DNA of 64,000 nucleotides from Vicinamibacteria bacterium (GCA_963668695.2 CAXXLQ010000004.1:3296001-3360000); one strand, 5' to 3'; shown: positions 39,768 through 51,408, counted from the first letter of the stretch. Notes: a model not told the origin generated them from the sequence alone. Program-made: numbers and translations.

Positions 39768-40786
39768 CGCCGCCGCCTCTCCCGCATGCGGAAGAACTTC
39801 CGGAGCGGGGCGTCGTAGGGTTCCCCCGCCGTCACCTCGACCACGTCCACCCCGGTCTCGCGAAGCGCCCGGGAGGCAGCCGCGTGGGTCCGATGCGCAA
39901 GCTCGCGGTAGGCCTCACGGACCTGGCGGTCCGAGGTGTCGAGCCTTACGAGAGTTCCGGACTCCGCATCCTCCAGTTCCAGGAGGCCGACGTCCGGCAT
40001 CTCGTGTTCCCTCGCATCCGTGACCCGGACGGCGATCAGGTCGTGTCGCCGCGCGGCCACGCGGAGTGGAGGCAGCCAGCGCTCGGGAGGGTCTCCGCGG
40101 AAATCGCTGACCAGAAAGACCGTGGCCCGCCGGCGGACCGCCCGGTTCAGCAGGCCGAGGGCTTCGGCGATGTCGGTCCCGGCGCCCTCGGGCTCGAAGT
40201 AGAGCAGGTCGCGAAGTACCCGAAGCCCATGCCGGCGCCCCTTCCGAGCCGGGAGCCGGATCTCGGCGCGGTCGGTGAAGAGCAGCGCTCCCACCCGGTC
40301 CCCGGAACGGATCGCCGAGAAGGCGAGGGCGGCCGAGGCCTCGGCGGCGGTCGAGCGCTTGAAGTCACGGCGGCTGCCGAAGGCAAACGAGCGTGAGACG
40401 TCGAGCAGGAACAGCACCGTCTGCTCGCGTTCTTCGACGAACTTCTTGACGTGGAGGTCCCCGGTTCTCGATGTCACGTTCCAGTCCACCGACCGGATGT
40501 CGTCGCCCGGGGCGTACTCGCGCACCTCGGAGAACTCCATTCCCTGCCCCTTGAAGGTGCTGAGATAGGCGCCCGCCAGCGCCTCGGTCACGAGTTTCCG
40601 GGTGCGGATCTCGATGTGCCGCACCCTGGCGAGAAGCTCGGCGGTGGACACCGGCGCGGACCGCCGTTCCTCCTTCTCGCGTTCCTCCTTCTCGGGCGGG
40701 TTTCGCCAGGGCGCGCGCAGCGAACTCCAAAACCCGCCGCGCAGCCTTTCGCGCCGATCTTCGGTGGTGGTTCCGGAGCGGGGCAC
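39764..40786 (-). CDS. DUF58 domain protein
   Basis: GQGMEFSEVREYAPGDDIRSVDWNV, FVEERE, DVSRS, LVSDF. Confidence 0.92.
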   Translation of the reverse strand: MPRSGTTTEDRRERLRGGFWSSLRAPWRNPPEKEEREKEERRSAPVSTAELLARVRHIEIRTRKLVTEALAGAYLSTFKGQGMEFSEVREYAPGDDIRSVDWNVTSRTGDLHVKKFVEEREQTVLFLLDVSRSFAFGSRRDFKRSTAAEASAALAFSAIRSGDRVGALLFTDRAEIRLPARKGRRHGLRVLRDLLYFEPEGAGTDIAEALGLLNRAVRRRATVFLVSDFRGDPPERWLPPLRVAARRHDLIAVRVTDAREHEMPDVGLLELEDAESGTLVRLDTSDRQVREAYRELAHRTHAAASRALRETGVDVVEVTAGEPYDAPLRKFFRMRERRRR

Positions 40787-40827
40787 GGCGAGATGGGAAA
40801 CGGGAAGGATCTGGAGAGGATCGGTCC

Positions 40828-41823
<996 letters not shown>

Positions 41824-41875
41824 GTGAATTGAAACTCCCGGAACTACTTGACCGTTCCCGGGAATTCTAGGCCGT

Positions 41876-42134
41876 GCCGGGAACGCCGGGATTCAGGAGC
41901 GCCGGCCTTCAGACCGGCATCGCGGCCAAGGCCGCGAAACTCCCATCGCCAACCGCAAAGAAGCGCGGGGACGGCTGGGAGCGCCGGCCTTCAGACCGGC
42001 ATCGCGGCCACAGGCCGCGAAACTCCCATCGCCAACCGCAAAGAAGCGCGCGACAGCGGGCCCCCACCGGGAGAACTGGCCACCGGCCTCCGGCCGGCAT
42101 CGCGCGAGAGCGCGAAACCAGCGCCGATGACGCT
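41876..42134 (+). repeat. Family B REP-like tandem (~82-bp unit x2 plus a third unit with the module)
   Basis: GGAGCGCCGGCCTTCAGACCGGC at 41896 and 41978. Confidence 0.85.
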
Positions 42135-42501
42135 CCGCCATGCCAGCGTGAGGCCCGCACCACCTTCCCATCCCGGAGGGCGCGACCGCTCGCTCTCCCG
42201 CTACCCGGGCCGTGCCTTTTTCATGACGGGCGAGGGGGTGCAGGAGGATCCGATCATGAGGGTTTCTCCCGGTGGAGCCCTTCAGACCGGCACGCCCGGC
42301 ACGCGGGGCCCGGAGGGCCGCGACAACCGCGCACCGCGGATCATCCTGAAGCGCGCAGGAAGGCAGGAACCGCGGCGAACCAATCCACGGTGCGCACTCT
42401 GGAACCGGCGCGCCGCGAACGCCCTGACGTTCGCGCTCAAAGTCGGGACTTCGCTAAAATCAACGCTTCCAGACGCCAATCGCGCTGCCACGGAGGGTTC
42501 C

Positions 42502-44124
42502 ATGTTCAAAAAACTCCGCGTCCCCGGACGCCTCTTGCTCGCTTTCGCCGCACTCGCGCTGATGGCGGCACCCGCCTTCGCCGAAGAGCCCGACCTCGGC
42601 AAAGTGGATTTCCCGAACTCCGGCTCGGAGGCCGCGCAGGAGGCTTTCCAGCGCGGGGTAGCCGCGCTCCACAGCTTCTGGTTCGAGGAGGCCGGGGAAG
42701 CGTTCAAGAACGCGCAGGAAATCGACCCCGACTTCGCCCTCGCCTACTGGGGCGAGGCGATCAGCCACAACCACCCACTGTGGTCCGAGCAGGACATCAG
42801 CGCCGCGCGGGACGTCCTGAAGCGCTTTGGGGCGACCCGTTCCGAGCGCCGTGCCAAGACTCCCACGGAGCGTGAGCGTCTGTATCTGGACACCGTGGAG
42901 ATCCTCTACGGCCCCGGTGACAAGTACGAACGCGACGAGCTGTACCACCAGGCGATGCGGCGGCTCGCCGAGGCGCACCCGGAAGACAACGAGGCCAAGG
43001 CGTTCTACGCGCTTTCCTATCTCGGCCTGGTCCGGCGCGGGGAGCCTGGCTTCCACCGGCAGATGAAGGCCGGCGCGATCGCGACCCAGCTCTTCCAGGA
43101 GCAGCCAAACCATCCGGGCGCGGCGCACTACGTGATCCATTCGTTCGACGATCCCGAGCACGCTCCGCTCGCTCTCGAGGCCGCGAACCGCTACGCCGAG
43201 ATCGCGCCCGAGGCGCACCACGCGCAGCACATGCCCTCCCACATCTTCGTGCAGCACGGCATGTGGAACCGGGTCTCGAAGTCGAACACTGTCTCCTACA
43301 ACGCTTCAGTCAAGTGGGTGGAGGCGAAGAACCTCTCCATCACCAAGCGGGACTACCACAGCCTCGAGTGGAAGGCGTACGCGGATCTGCAGCGCGGTGC
43401 GTACGGCGCGGTCCTCGGCGCGGTCGCCATCGTGGACGACGCGGTCGCCGAGACCGACGACAATCGGCTCCGGCGGATTTCCGCCTCCATCGTGGCCCGC
43501 CACGCCATCGAGACCGGGCGGTATGACGCCATCTCCCTCCCGATGGGCGACGTGGACACGAGCCGCTACAACTCGACTGCAAACCTGCTGCTCGCAGTGG
43601 GAATGAAGGCGTTTGCCGAGAAGGACGCCGCCGCCGCGAACGAAGCGGCGACACAGCTCCGGGCGCTCGCCGACAAGCGTGTCGAGGCCGGTGAGGCCTA
43701 CCAGGCCGACTCCGTCCGCATCATGCAGCACGAAGTCGAAGCGCTCGCCGCCCAGCTCGAGGGCAATACGGAAAGCGCTCTGAAGCATGCAGCGGCCGCC
43801 ACCGCCATCGAGGAGAACCAGGGTCCGCCCTCCGGTCCGACCTATCCGATGAAGCCGTCCCACGAGCTTCGCGGCGAACTCCTGCTCGCCGCCGGCAAGG
43901 CGGAGAAGGCACGCGCCCAGTTCGAAACGAGCCTGACCCGGACCCCGAACCGGACCGCCTCGCTGCTCGGCCTGGCCCGCGCCGCCACCGCGCTCGGCGA
44001 CACGGCCACCGCAAACCGCGCCTACGCCACCCTCCAGACCTTCCTGACCGAAGCCGATAGCGATGTCGCCTTCCTCGACGAAGTCCGGAGCCACGCGATG
44101 GCGACCACCGACCAGCAGCAGTAA
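42502..44124 (+). CDS. Secreted TPR repeat protein
   Basis: GGAGG RBS, signal peptide (AFA-E), FQRGVAALHSFW, HPGAAHYVIHSFD, HAQHMPSHIF. Confidence 0.85.
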   Translation: MFKKLRVPGRLLLAFAALALMAAPAFAEEPDLGKVDFPNSGSEAAQEAFQRGVAALHSFWFEEAGEAFKNAQEIDPDFALAYWGEAISHNHPLWSEQDISAARDVLKRFGATRSERRAKTPTERERLYLDTVEILYGPGDKYERDELYHQAMRRLAEAHPEDNEAKAFYALSYLGLVRRGEPGFHRQMKAGAIATQLFQEQPNHPGAAHYVIHSFDDPEHAPLALEAANRYAEIAPEAHHAQHMPSHIFVQHGMWNRVSKSNTVSYNASVKWVEAKNLSITKRDYHSLEWKAYADLQRGAYGAVLGAVAIVDDAVAETDDNRLRRISASIVARHAIETGRYDAISLPMGDVDTSRYNSTANLLLAVGMKAFAEKDAAAANEAATQLRALADKRVEAGEAYQADSVRIMQHEVEALAAQLEGNTESALKHAAAATAIEENQGPPSGPTYPMKPSHELRGELLLAAGKAEKARAQFETSLTRTPNRTASLLGLARAATALGDTATANRAYATLQTFLTEADSDVAFLDEVRSHAMATTDQQQ

Positions 44125-44143
44125 CTCTCCGGAAACTCCGCAG

Positions 44144-44177
44144 ACGGGGGCGGCGCATCCGCGCCGCCCTCGTTTTA
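44144..44177 (+). terminator. Rho-independent terminator
   Basis: ACGGGGGCGGCGC-ATCC-GCGCCGCCCTCGT followed by a T tract. Confidence 0.7.
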
Positions 44178-44222
44178 TGTACGACGCCGGGACACCCGTC
44201 GCCGTACCGTCATTCTCCGGGA

Positions 44223-44627
44223 CTAAAGCCGGTCCGGCACAGCGGAGGCACCACCCATCCGGGCAAGATCCCGATCAAAAGTGAACAGCGGCGTAGCCCC
44301 CGCACGCTGCGCAGCCGCCAGGATCATCCGGTCGGCGAACTCCGGTCCACCCCGTCCGTATTCCACTGCGGCACGGCTCACGTCGGCTGCGTCCTCGAAC
44401 AACAGGCCACTCGTGTCGAGCAACTCCACGAGAATCTCCGCTATGCGTTTGCGTGGGAGTCCATAGCCGCGGCTGAGGACCCACACGAGTTCAAGCACGA
44501 CCTCGCGAGAAACGAAACCCGGCTCCGCGGGGGTGAGGTGCTCAAGCACAGCACTCGCGTCCGCCTGCTGCTCAGCGCCATCGCCGGTGAGATACCGGAC
44601 GAGGACGTTCGTGTCGAGCCCGATCAA
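44223..44627 (-). CDS. vapC: VapC-type PIN domain toxin
   Basis: IGLDTNVLVRYL, ELVWVL, FADRMI, LFTFD. Confidence 0.9.
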   Translation of the reverse strand: MIGLDTNVLVRYLTGDGAEQQADASAVLEHLTPAEPGFVSREVVLELVWVLSRGYGLPRKRIAEILVELLDTSGLLFEDAADVSRAAVEYGRGGPEFADRMILAAAQRAGATPLFTFDRDLARMGGASAVPDRL

Positions 44628-44857
44628 GATTCGCAGGCGCCCTCGGCGATGGCCCGGTCCATATCCTCGAGCGAGAGAGGGGGGCCCTCGTGCTTCACGA
44701 TGCCACGCAGCCGAGAGATGGGCCGGAGCGGTCGGATGTGCGCCACGCCGTTCTCAATGGTGTATCGAACCCGATCTCCGGCCTTCAGTTCCAACGCCTT
44801 ACGTACTGCTATAGGTACCGTAGTCTGTCCTCGGGAAGTAATTGTGGATTCGATCAT
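44624..44857 (-). CDS. AbrB/MazE-fold antitoxin (VapB-type)
   Basis: STITSRGQTTVPIAVRKALELKAGDRV; overlaps the toxin start. Confidence 0.9.
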   Translation of the reverse strand: MIESTITSRGQTTVPIAVRKALELKAGDRVRYTIENGVAHIRPLRPISRLRGIVKHEGPPLSLEDMDRAIAEGACES

Positions 44858-44861
44858 GGGT

Positions 44862-44896
44862 CTTTCTAGCGCCTTATATTATAGCGAGTGCCTTGT
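44862..44896 (-). promoter_or_regulatory. Probable TA promoter: TATAAT (44878-44883) between AAGGC(A/G)CT repeats
   Basis: Perfect -10 hexamer in GC-rich DNA just upstream of the antitoxin ATG. Confidence 0.55.
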
Positions 44897-44999
44897 TCCG
44901 AACGACCCTGGACGAGAACTCATAGGCCCGATTCCCTTGCGGCCTCAGAAACCCGCATGATCAGGTCGGCCCGTTCACCCCGCCCGCATGAAGAAGCGC

Positions 45000-45155
45000 T
45001 AGAGGTCGGCGTTGCCGGGCCTGCGCGCCACCCTGCATTCAGAGGTACGCGCCGAGAAGGGAACCATTCCAACGGTTGGGGTCTGCGCCGCCGCGGCCCT
45101 CGAGGCCGCTGTGCCGGGCCCCACCGGGAGAACTGCCCAGAGGTCGGCGTTCCCT
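45000..45155 (-). repeat. Family B REP-like remnant with the module
   Basis: 45111-45149 is the reverse complement of 21726-21764. Confidence 0.65.
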
Positions 45156-45234
45156 TGCCTGCGCGCGATCCGCTCGGTCGGGGGCTCGGCGCAACTGCTT
45201 TTTCAGGGCAACTGCCCGGCGGTCCCTGCCGCTC

Positions 45235-46140
45235 TCAGGGGCGCGCTACGTACCCCGGGCGGTTGCGCACCTGAACCCCCCGCCGTTTCACCCGGACTTC
45301 GATCGGCACGAACCCTTCGAATAGCGGATCGGGCGTGAAGGACAGGATGTAACGCGCCCGCAGTTCCTCCAGCACTTCCTGGTAGGCGCCCGCCAGGTCC
45401 GCATCCGATGACACTGCGAGCAGCCGGCCGCCGCTCGCCTCCGAGACGTCGCGAACCAGCCGGTAGCCGTCGTCGGTAGGACCGAAGAACGGAAGGACGC
45501 GAGGCGGACGGGCGACGATGGAATAAATCAATGCCTCGGAACCCCGGACGGCCGTCATCACGAGGTCGTCCGAGGTCCAGCTCTGGTTGTCGAAGGCGTC
45601 AGTGAACAAAAGGAGCACGCCCCTGCCTTCCTCCCGATGGAGCGTCGCGAGGGAAAGGACCACGCTGTCCCGGAGCGCGGTGGCACCCCCGGGCGGTGTG
45701 GTTTGGACATCGTTTCCGACCTTGGGGCCGCAGGGAGCGAACTCGCGGATCCAGAAGGGTTCCATCGCGAACGCGACCACCGCACAGGAATCGTGATCCG
45801 TGAGCCCCCCGGCAAAAAGGGCCGCCCCTTCCCCGAGATGGCGCTGCCGCTCTCCCACCGTGCTGGCGCTGACGTCCATGGCAAAGAGAACCGTCACCGG
45901 CAGCGACGCCGGGTCGATGACCCGGAACGGCACCCGCTCACCCTCTTCGTACAACTCGAAGTCCGCGTGGCGGAGGCCCAGGACGGGGCCGTCGTCGAAA
46001 ACGGAGACGTCGACGAGGACCGCCCGACTCTCAATCCGGAACTGGGCAGTGGCCGGCGAGCCGGCGGGGCTCAGCCCGGCCAACATCACGAGCCCCAAAC
46101 GGAGACGGCCGCGGTCTCGCCTCCCGAAGAAGCGCTTCAC
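45235..46140 (-). CDS. Secreted VWA domain protein, paralog of 29255-30175
   Basis: ATA-QFRIESRAVLVDVSV, DVSAST, GATALRD, LFTDAFD; GTGA overlap with the upstream stop. Confidence 0.85.
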   Translation of the reverse strand: MKRFFGRRDRGRLRLGLVMLAGLSPAGSPATAQFRIESRAVLVDVSVFDDGPVLGLRHADFELYEEGERVPFRVIDPASLPVTVLFAMDVSASTVGERQRHLGEGAALFAGGLTDHDSCAVVAFAMEPFWIREFAPCGPKVGNDVQTTPPGGATALRDSVVLSLATLHREEGRGVLLLFTDAFDNQSWTSDDLVMTAVRGSEALIYSIVARPPRVLPFFGPTDDGYRLVRDVSEASGGRLLAVSSDADLAGAYQEVLEELRARYILSFTPDPLFEGFVPIEVRVKRRGVQVRNRPGYVARP

Positions 46141-47270
46141 GCGATCCCCGCAACCTGGCGTAGCCACGGGAGCCCTTCTCCGAATTCCGCCCAGGCCGTA
46201 AGGAACGCCAGCCACGGACGCGCCTTCTCCCGAACCGAAAGGAAATCGGACGCCAGCTCTGCAGCCTCGTCCCAGCGTCCGGCGGTTTGCAGCGCGGCGA
46301 CGAGCGCTGCCACTGCCGCGGGCGAGGTCGGCTCGGTTCGGGCGGCTGCCTGGAGGCCCTCGATCGCCGGCCGGACACGATTCTCCCCGAGATCCAGTTC
46401 CGCCTGCAGCAGGAGCCGCGGCAAGCGGAGACGTGGCGCAACCTCCCCGCGAACCTCCTGGAGGTCCCGGGCCGCGGCGCGCCGGTAGCCCCGCCCGAGG
46501 GCCACCAGCGCGAGCCGCAGATGCAGATCGTCCGGATCTGCCATCGCTTGCACGATGGCGCGCGGGGACGCGCCCTTGTCCGGCAGGCTGCCCGCCCAAC
46601 GCGCGACACCGCGGCGCAACCCACCCCGCGCGTCGGGCCAGAGATGGTCGTCACGGAGATAGCGGGCCTGGAACGCGCTGGTAGTCGCGAGCTGCCACTC
46701 GGCGGCCGGATCGCGGTACTGAACCGCATAGCTCAGCACGCGACGGGCGGTCCTGATATCGAGGTGCACGAGGCGGGATCTGGCGGCCATCAGCAACACT
46801 TCGCGACGCAACAGGGCCCGCAGGTTCTCGGACGGCCGGACGCCCCACGCCTCTCGCGCTGATGCGCGCTGATCGGCCGGTATGCCGCGCGGCCACCTGG
46901 CCGGAATCGCGCGGAGAGGCTCCCCGACGAGCTGCAGCCGCTCTTCCGATCCCTCCCCGAAGTGGGCCACTACCTCGGCGTGGAACAAAGCCGTGGTGAG
47001 TCTCGCCTGGAGGCCGCGGACGGTGTCCGGTTCGCCCAGCGCCTCCAGGTAATCCCGTTGGGCCGATCGGAGCTGCCTCGTTCCCCGCCTCCGGACCGCG
47101 GCAGCCACCTCCTGCAGCCGGCCGCGCCGGTACTGTGCAATCCAGCCCGCGTACTGCGAGCGTTTCACCTCACCCCGCTGCGCCAACCCCCGAGGGATGG
47201 GAAGCGCAAGCAGGGCGCGCCGCCCAATTCCTCGCTCCCCGACCGGTCCCCGTCCGGAGCGCGCGCTCAT
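46137..47270 (-). CDS. TPR-like helical protein
   Basis: Paralog of 30172-31281. Confidence 0.75.
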   Translation of the reverse strand: MSARSGRGPVGERGIGRRALLALPIPRGLAQRGEVKRSQYAGWIAQYRRGRLQEVAAAVRRRGTRQLRSAQRDYLEALGEPDTVRGLQARLTTALFHAEVVAHFGEGSEERLQLVGEPLRAIPARWPRGIPADQRASAREAWGVRPSENLRALLRREVLLMAARSRLVHLDIRTARRVLSYAVQYRDPAAEWQLATTSAFQARYLRDDHLWPDARGGLRRGVARWAGSLPDKGASPRAIVQAMADPDDLHLRLALVALGRGYRRAAARDLQEVRGEVAPRLRLPRLLLQAELDLGENRVRPAIEGLQAAARTEPTSPAAVAALVAALQTAGRWDEAAELASDFLSVREKARPWLAFLTAWAEFGEGLPWLRQVAGIA

Positions 47271-47294
47271 GGCGACGAGGAGCTTTCGCCCCTA

Positions 47295-47825
47295 GGAGCC
47301 TGTGGATAAAGTGGCGTGAGCGCCGAGAGCGGTGAGGCGCCCGGCTGACAAGGCGCGCGAGGGAGGAATACCGCGTGTATTTCGACCGAAGCGCAACGAT
47401 GAGCGACGCGAAGCGGCGCGGTGAACAGCCGGTGGTGGAACCCACGTGAGCGCCGAGGTTGGCAAGTTCTCCCGGTGGGGGCGAGGCGCCCGGCTGACAA
47501 GGCACGTGAGGGAGGAATACCGCGTGTATTTCGACCGAAGCGCAACGATGAGCGACGCGAAGCGGCACGGTGAACAGCCGGTGGTGGAACCCACGTGAGC
47601 GCCGAGGTTGGCCAGTTCTCCCGGTGGGGGCGAGGCGCCCGGCTGACAAGGCGCGTGAGGGAGGAATACCGGGTGTATTCCGACCGAAACGCAACGATGA
47701 GCGGCGCGAAGCGACGCGGTCAGCCGGGATGGATCGCCGGCCGAACGCCGCATGGGTTTCATCACCGGTTGTTTGGCCGGGATGGATCGCCGCTCGAACG
47801 CCGCGTGACTTTGTCCACAGGCTGC
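47295..47825 (+). mobile_element. Family A array (three head-to-tail units within DnaA-box ends)
   Basis: TA|GGAGCCTGTGGATAAAGT...ACTTTGTCCACAGGCTGC|TA; internal junctions GGTGAACAGCCGGTGG. Confidence 0.9.
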
Positions 47826-48955
47826 TAGGGCTCCTCCGCGGGACCCGTCATCGGTGTGCGAATCAGGTCCAGAATCGCGCCGGGGTGGGACACCCGGATG
47901 GCGGCACCCTCTGCCAACTGCACGGGTTCCCGGAAGCTGAACTTCTCCGCCCAGTCGGAATCGAAGCGGCGGATGCGCAGCAGCGGAGTCACCGCTCCGT
48001 CGCTCGCCACCGCGTCCACCGCAAATCCGTCCGGGCCGGGATCAAGTCCCTCGGGCGGCAGTACGGACAACAGCGTCGCCGGGCCCACCGGGGTGGATCC
48101 CGGCTCGACCGCCAGCATCTCAACTGTCCGGCCCCCGCCCGAATCCGGAGCAAAGACAACGATTTGCGGGTCGTCCTCGAACGCCAGACCCTCGGTATCG
48201 AACCCCTTGCGGTAAGTGAGTTGCAGGAACAGGCTCGCAGGCAGGCGGTCGACGAAGCCCTCCGGCCGCAGGCGCGGTCCCTGCCCCACCACCCAGGTGA
48301 AGATCGGCGCTCCGCTCGCGCAGTCGTCGCCGGCGTAGAGCACCGCGCGGCGAAGAATCGAAACCGCCTCACCCGGCACCAGCGCGAACCCGGCCGCGGC
48401 GTCTCCTACCCCGTCACCCCGAACCAGTGGCGCGCAAACCGCTGCCTCGGACTCCATCTCCCCGATCTGCACGGGCTCGGCGAGCGTCAGCCGGGACGCC
48501 GGCAACTCGGTTTCCATTTCGGCCGCCAGCGGCTCCTCCGCAGGTGCCGGGCCTTCCGGCGCAAGACCGATCGCCCAGTCCACCAGCAGGTCGGTCTCGC
48601 GTTCGTCGAGCGTCCGGGCATGGGCGAATTCGCCGGCGCCATCGTCGGGCAACCAAGGCGGCATCCGCCGCTCGAGTACCTGACGGGCGATGGAGTTCGC
48701 CCACGGCAGCGCCTCCAGGTACCGCATCAGGTTCACCGGGGCGGGACCGCCTCCAGAGTGGCAGGAGGCGCAGTGCTGCTCGATGACAGGGCGGATGTCG
48801 CGCCAATACGTGTACCGGGAGAGTTCGGGTTCATGAGCGGCGGCGGTACCGAACCACCCCGGGACCGCGAGCAGGACGGCGGCGACCCCTGCGGCAACGC
48901 CGGTCAGGATCGCGGCAACTCGTTTGGGTCCCTTCATTCGACTCTCCAGGGTCAC
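47825..48955 (-). CDS. Secreted c-type cytochrome domain protein
   Basis: Signal peptide, single CASCH heme motif, RRMPPW. Confidence 0.75.
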   Translation of the reverse strand: MTLESRMKGPKRVAAILTGVAAGVAAVLLAVPGWFGTAAAHEPELSRYTYWRDIRPVIEQHCASCHSGGGPAPVNLMRYLEALPWANSIARQVLERRMPPWLPDDGAGEFAHARTLDERETDLLVDWAIGLAPEGPAPAEEPLAAEMETELPASRLTLAEPVQIGEMESEAAVCAPLVRGDGVGDAAAGFALVPGEAVSILRRAVLYAGDDCASGAPIFTWVVGQGPRLRPEGFVDRLPASLFLQLTYRKGFDTEGLAFEDDPQIVVFAPDSGGGRTVEMLAVEPGSTPVGPATLLSVLPPEGLDPGPDGFAVDAVASDGAVTPLLRIRRFDSDWAEKFSFREPVQLAEGAAIRVSHPGAILDLIRTPMTGPAEEP

Positions 48956-50049
48956 TGCGGCGCTCGCTCCGGGAGTCCTCGCATCCCCTCGGCAAATATC
49001 TCGTACGCCTCGCCAACCCGGGTCCGGTCGCCCTCATCTCCGTAGAGATCGAGCAGCCAAGCTCCCCGTACGATCCGCTTGAGCGCAACCCAGGGCCGGT
49101 CCGCCGCCCGCTCGCTGTAAGCGAGCGCCAGTTCCTTGGCTTCAAGCGCCGGAATGAAGAGGTCGGCCCAGCGGCCCTGGTCGATCAGCGCCTGTATCCG
49201 GAGGCCGCGGGCCCGGATGGCGTCCAGGATCGCTTGCGGGGAGTCGGGCACCCGCAACTCGGGCAACTCCGCCGGAGCCGCCTCCGCGGCGAGCGCCGCC
49301 CGCTCGGCGTCGGAGAGGAAGATGAAGTCGAAGCGGTCCTCCTCGTCGCGCTCCGGGAATCGCACGAAGGCGGTGAACGCCGCCCGCTCCCCGGCGTTCG
49401 CGGCAACATCGGTCTCGAGGGCGTCCGCGGCCCCGGAGAGCGCCACCGGATCGCCGAGGGGCGCGCCGTTCTGATCTGCCGGGACCAGCCGCGCCTCGAA
49501 CGAGCCGGGTTCGATCGGGCGGGTGAAGGAGTCGTAGAAGTAGAGGCGGAACGCTCCGTCCTCCAGCGTGCCCTCCAGGTGATGCGTCCCGCTCGGCGCC
49601 ATGAACAGGACTCCTCCGTGGCGCGGGTTGTGGTCCCCGTGTTCGGAGACGCGGGACGTCATCTCCCGCGGCATGTCGCCCTCACACACACCGGACTCGA
49701 CGAAGACCCGCTCGGGATCGGACGGGCAGAACCAGACCACTTCGCGCGTCGCGGGGACGAGGGGTTCTCCGGTATCGGGACAGATCCCCGGGCCCGCTTC
49801 GACCATCCCTTCCTCCTGCCCGAGGCAGACGTAGCGGGTCACCAGGGTTCGGCGGACGAGGGCCATCCCGCAAAGCGGGCAGCGGCCCTCATCGTGCGCC
49901 TGGTGGTCCCGGTGCATCGGGCAGAGCCACACGGTGTAGGCGTCCTCCGGGCCAGTCGCTTCCGTCTGAGCCGCGAAAGCACCGACGGAGGAGGACCCAA
50001 ACAGGAGCGCCAGGGTCGAGGCAGCCAGAAGGCCCATCCGGACACTCAT
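48952..50049 (-). CDS. Secreted heavy-metal-binding-domain protein
   Basis: WLCPMH...GRCPLCGMAL plus two degenerate copies; HGDHNPRHGG, HHLEG. Confidence 0.75.
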   Translation of the reverse strand: MSVRMGLLAASTLALLFGSSSVGAFAAQTEATGPEDAYTVWLCPMHRDHQAHDEGRCPLCGMALVRRTLVTRYVCLGQEEGMVEAGPGICPDTGEPLVPATREVVWFCPSDPERVFVESGVCEGDMPREMTSRVSEHGDHNPRHGGVLFMAPSGTHHLEGTLEDGAFRLYFYDSFTRPIEPGSFEARLVPADQNGAPLGDPVALSGAADALETDVAANAGERAAFTAFVRFPERDEEDRFDFIFLSDAERAALAAEAAPAELPELRVPDSPQAILDAIRARGLRIQALIDQGRWADLFIPALEAKELALAYSERAADRPWVALKRIVRGAWLLDLYGDEGDRTRVGEAYEIFAEGMRGLPERAPQ

Positions 50050-50125
50050 GGCCGGGAAATTAGCAGGATGCGAAATGGGCGGGGTGCCGGCTGGCTCGGG
50101 GCGGGAGCGCGCTCCCAACGCGGTG

Positions 50126-50611
50126 CTACCCATCCCTGCGGGTGAGGTTCACCACGACGGCGTTCGCGGCGCGAACGAGATCCGCGGGGGTGATGAGGAT
50201 CTCCTCGCCCCAGACCCCGGCGCCCACCCCGAGCACCGGCTCTTCCATCAGCGCCTCGTCGAGAAACGTCCTCGTACCCTCCTGCTGCCACGAGAACGGC
50301 GGGATCGAGCCGATCCGATAGCCGGTGAGCTCGATGACCGCGTCGGGGCTGGCCAGGCGAATGTTGCGGTTGCCCATCGCCTTCTTGAGTTTGCCGGAAA
50401 TGACGTTCTTGTCGCCGCCTACCGCGATGAGCGCGCGCTCGCCGGTCCCGGATTCGAAAATCAGGGTTTTGACCATTTGGCTCTCGCGGAAACCGAGAGC
50501 GTGGGCGACGGAGGCCGCGCCCTTCGCGGTCGATGCCGGGAAGGTGCGCCGCTCCCAGGCGATTCCGAGTGCATCGAGGTGCCGGTGCGCCGGCAGGCTC
50601 CCCCCGGTCAT
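50126..50611 (-). CDS. YbaK/EbsC aminoacyl-tRNA deacylase family
   Basis: MVKTLIF, TGYRIGSIPPF, VGAG. Confidence 0.88.
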   Translation of the reverse strand: MTGGSLPAHRHLDALGIAWERRTFPASTAKGAASVAHALGFRESQMVKTLIFESGTGERALIAVGGDKNVISGKLKKAMGNRNIRLASPDAVIELTGYRIGSIPPFSWQQEGTRTFLDEALMEEPVLGVGAGVWGEEILITPADLVRAANAVVVNLTRRDG

Positions 50612-51408
50612 CGGGGCGTCCGGTTCATCTGGCCGCCCACCATTTTCCCGAGCCAGCGCACCACGAACCGTGGCAACAACCGCGGCACGAGCGGGACCAG
50701 CCGCGGGAGAAAACCGGGGTTGATCACCACCTTCCCGCGCAACGCCCCCCGGTAGCCGGCCCGAGCTACTCCCCGCGGATCGGCGAGAGCAAGGCGGCGG
50801 ATCCCCGCGAAACCCTCGATTCCCGCCGTTCCCAAAAACGGCGTGTCCACCGGACCGGGACAGAGCACACTGACCGTCACTCCGGTTCCGGCGAGCTCGC
50901 CGGCCAACCCTTCGGTCAGGTGCAAAACGAAGGCCTTGGTGGAAGCGTAGGTGGTGAAGCCGAGGCCCGGGACATAACCGGCACCCGATCCTACGTTCAG
51001 GATCCTTCCCCTGCCCCGTTCCAGCATTCCGGGAAGGTAGAGATGGCAAAGATCGGCGAGCGCCGCCAGATTCAGCCCGATCATCGCCCGCTGGACCCGG
51101 AGGGGAACCTCGAGGAAGCGCCCGCTCATTCCGAAGCCGGCGTTGTTGATGAGGAAGTCGACGCTCATGCCGCGCTCCTCGGTTTCGGCATGGAGACGTT
51201 CGGGTGCCCCCGGCTCCGCGAGATCCATCGGCAATGCCACCGCGCGCACGCCGTAAGCGGCCCGGACCTCTCGGGCGGCCTGCTCGAGACGCCCCGCGTT
51301 TCTGGCCACGAGCACCACGTCGCGGCCGTCAGCGGCGCACAGGGACGCGAGCTCACGACCAATGCCGGTCGAACCTCCCGTGATCAGGGCCCACCCGGAA
51401 GTCGTCAT
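50608..51408 (-). CDS. SDR family oxidoreductase
   Basis: TGGSTGIG, NNAG, YASTK, LCPGP. Confidence 0.92.
   Translation of the reverse strand: MTTSGWALITGGSTGIGRELASLCAADGRDVVLVARNAGRLEQAAREVRAAYGVRAVALPMDLAEPGAPERLHAETEERGMSVDFLINNAGFGMSGRFLEVPLRVQRAMIGLNLAALADLCHLYLPGMLERGRGRILNVGSGAGYVPGLGFTTYASTKAFVLHLTEGLAGELAGTGVTVSVLCPGPVDTPFLGTAGIEGFAGIRRLALADPRGVARAGYRGALRGKVVINPGFLPRLVPLVPRLLPRFVVRWLGKMVGGQMNRTPR

Noticed and set aside
47295-47825. oriC suggested by DnaA boxes
   Set aside because: Boxes are dispersed in MITE ends; there is no AT-rich unwinding element and no dnaA/dnaN context.
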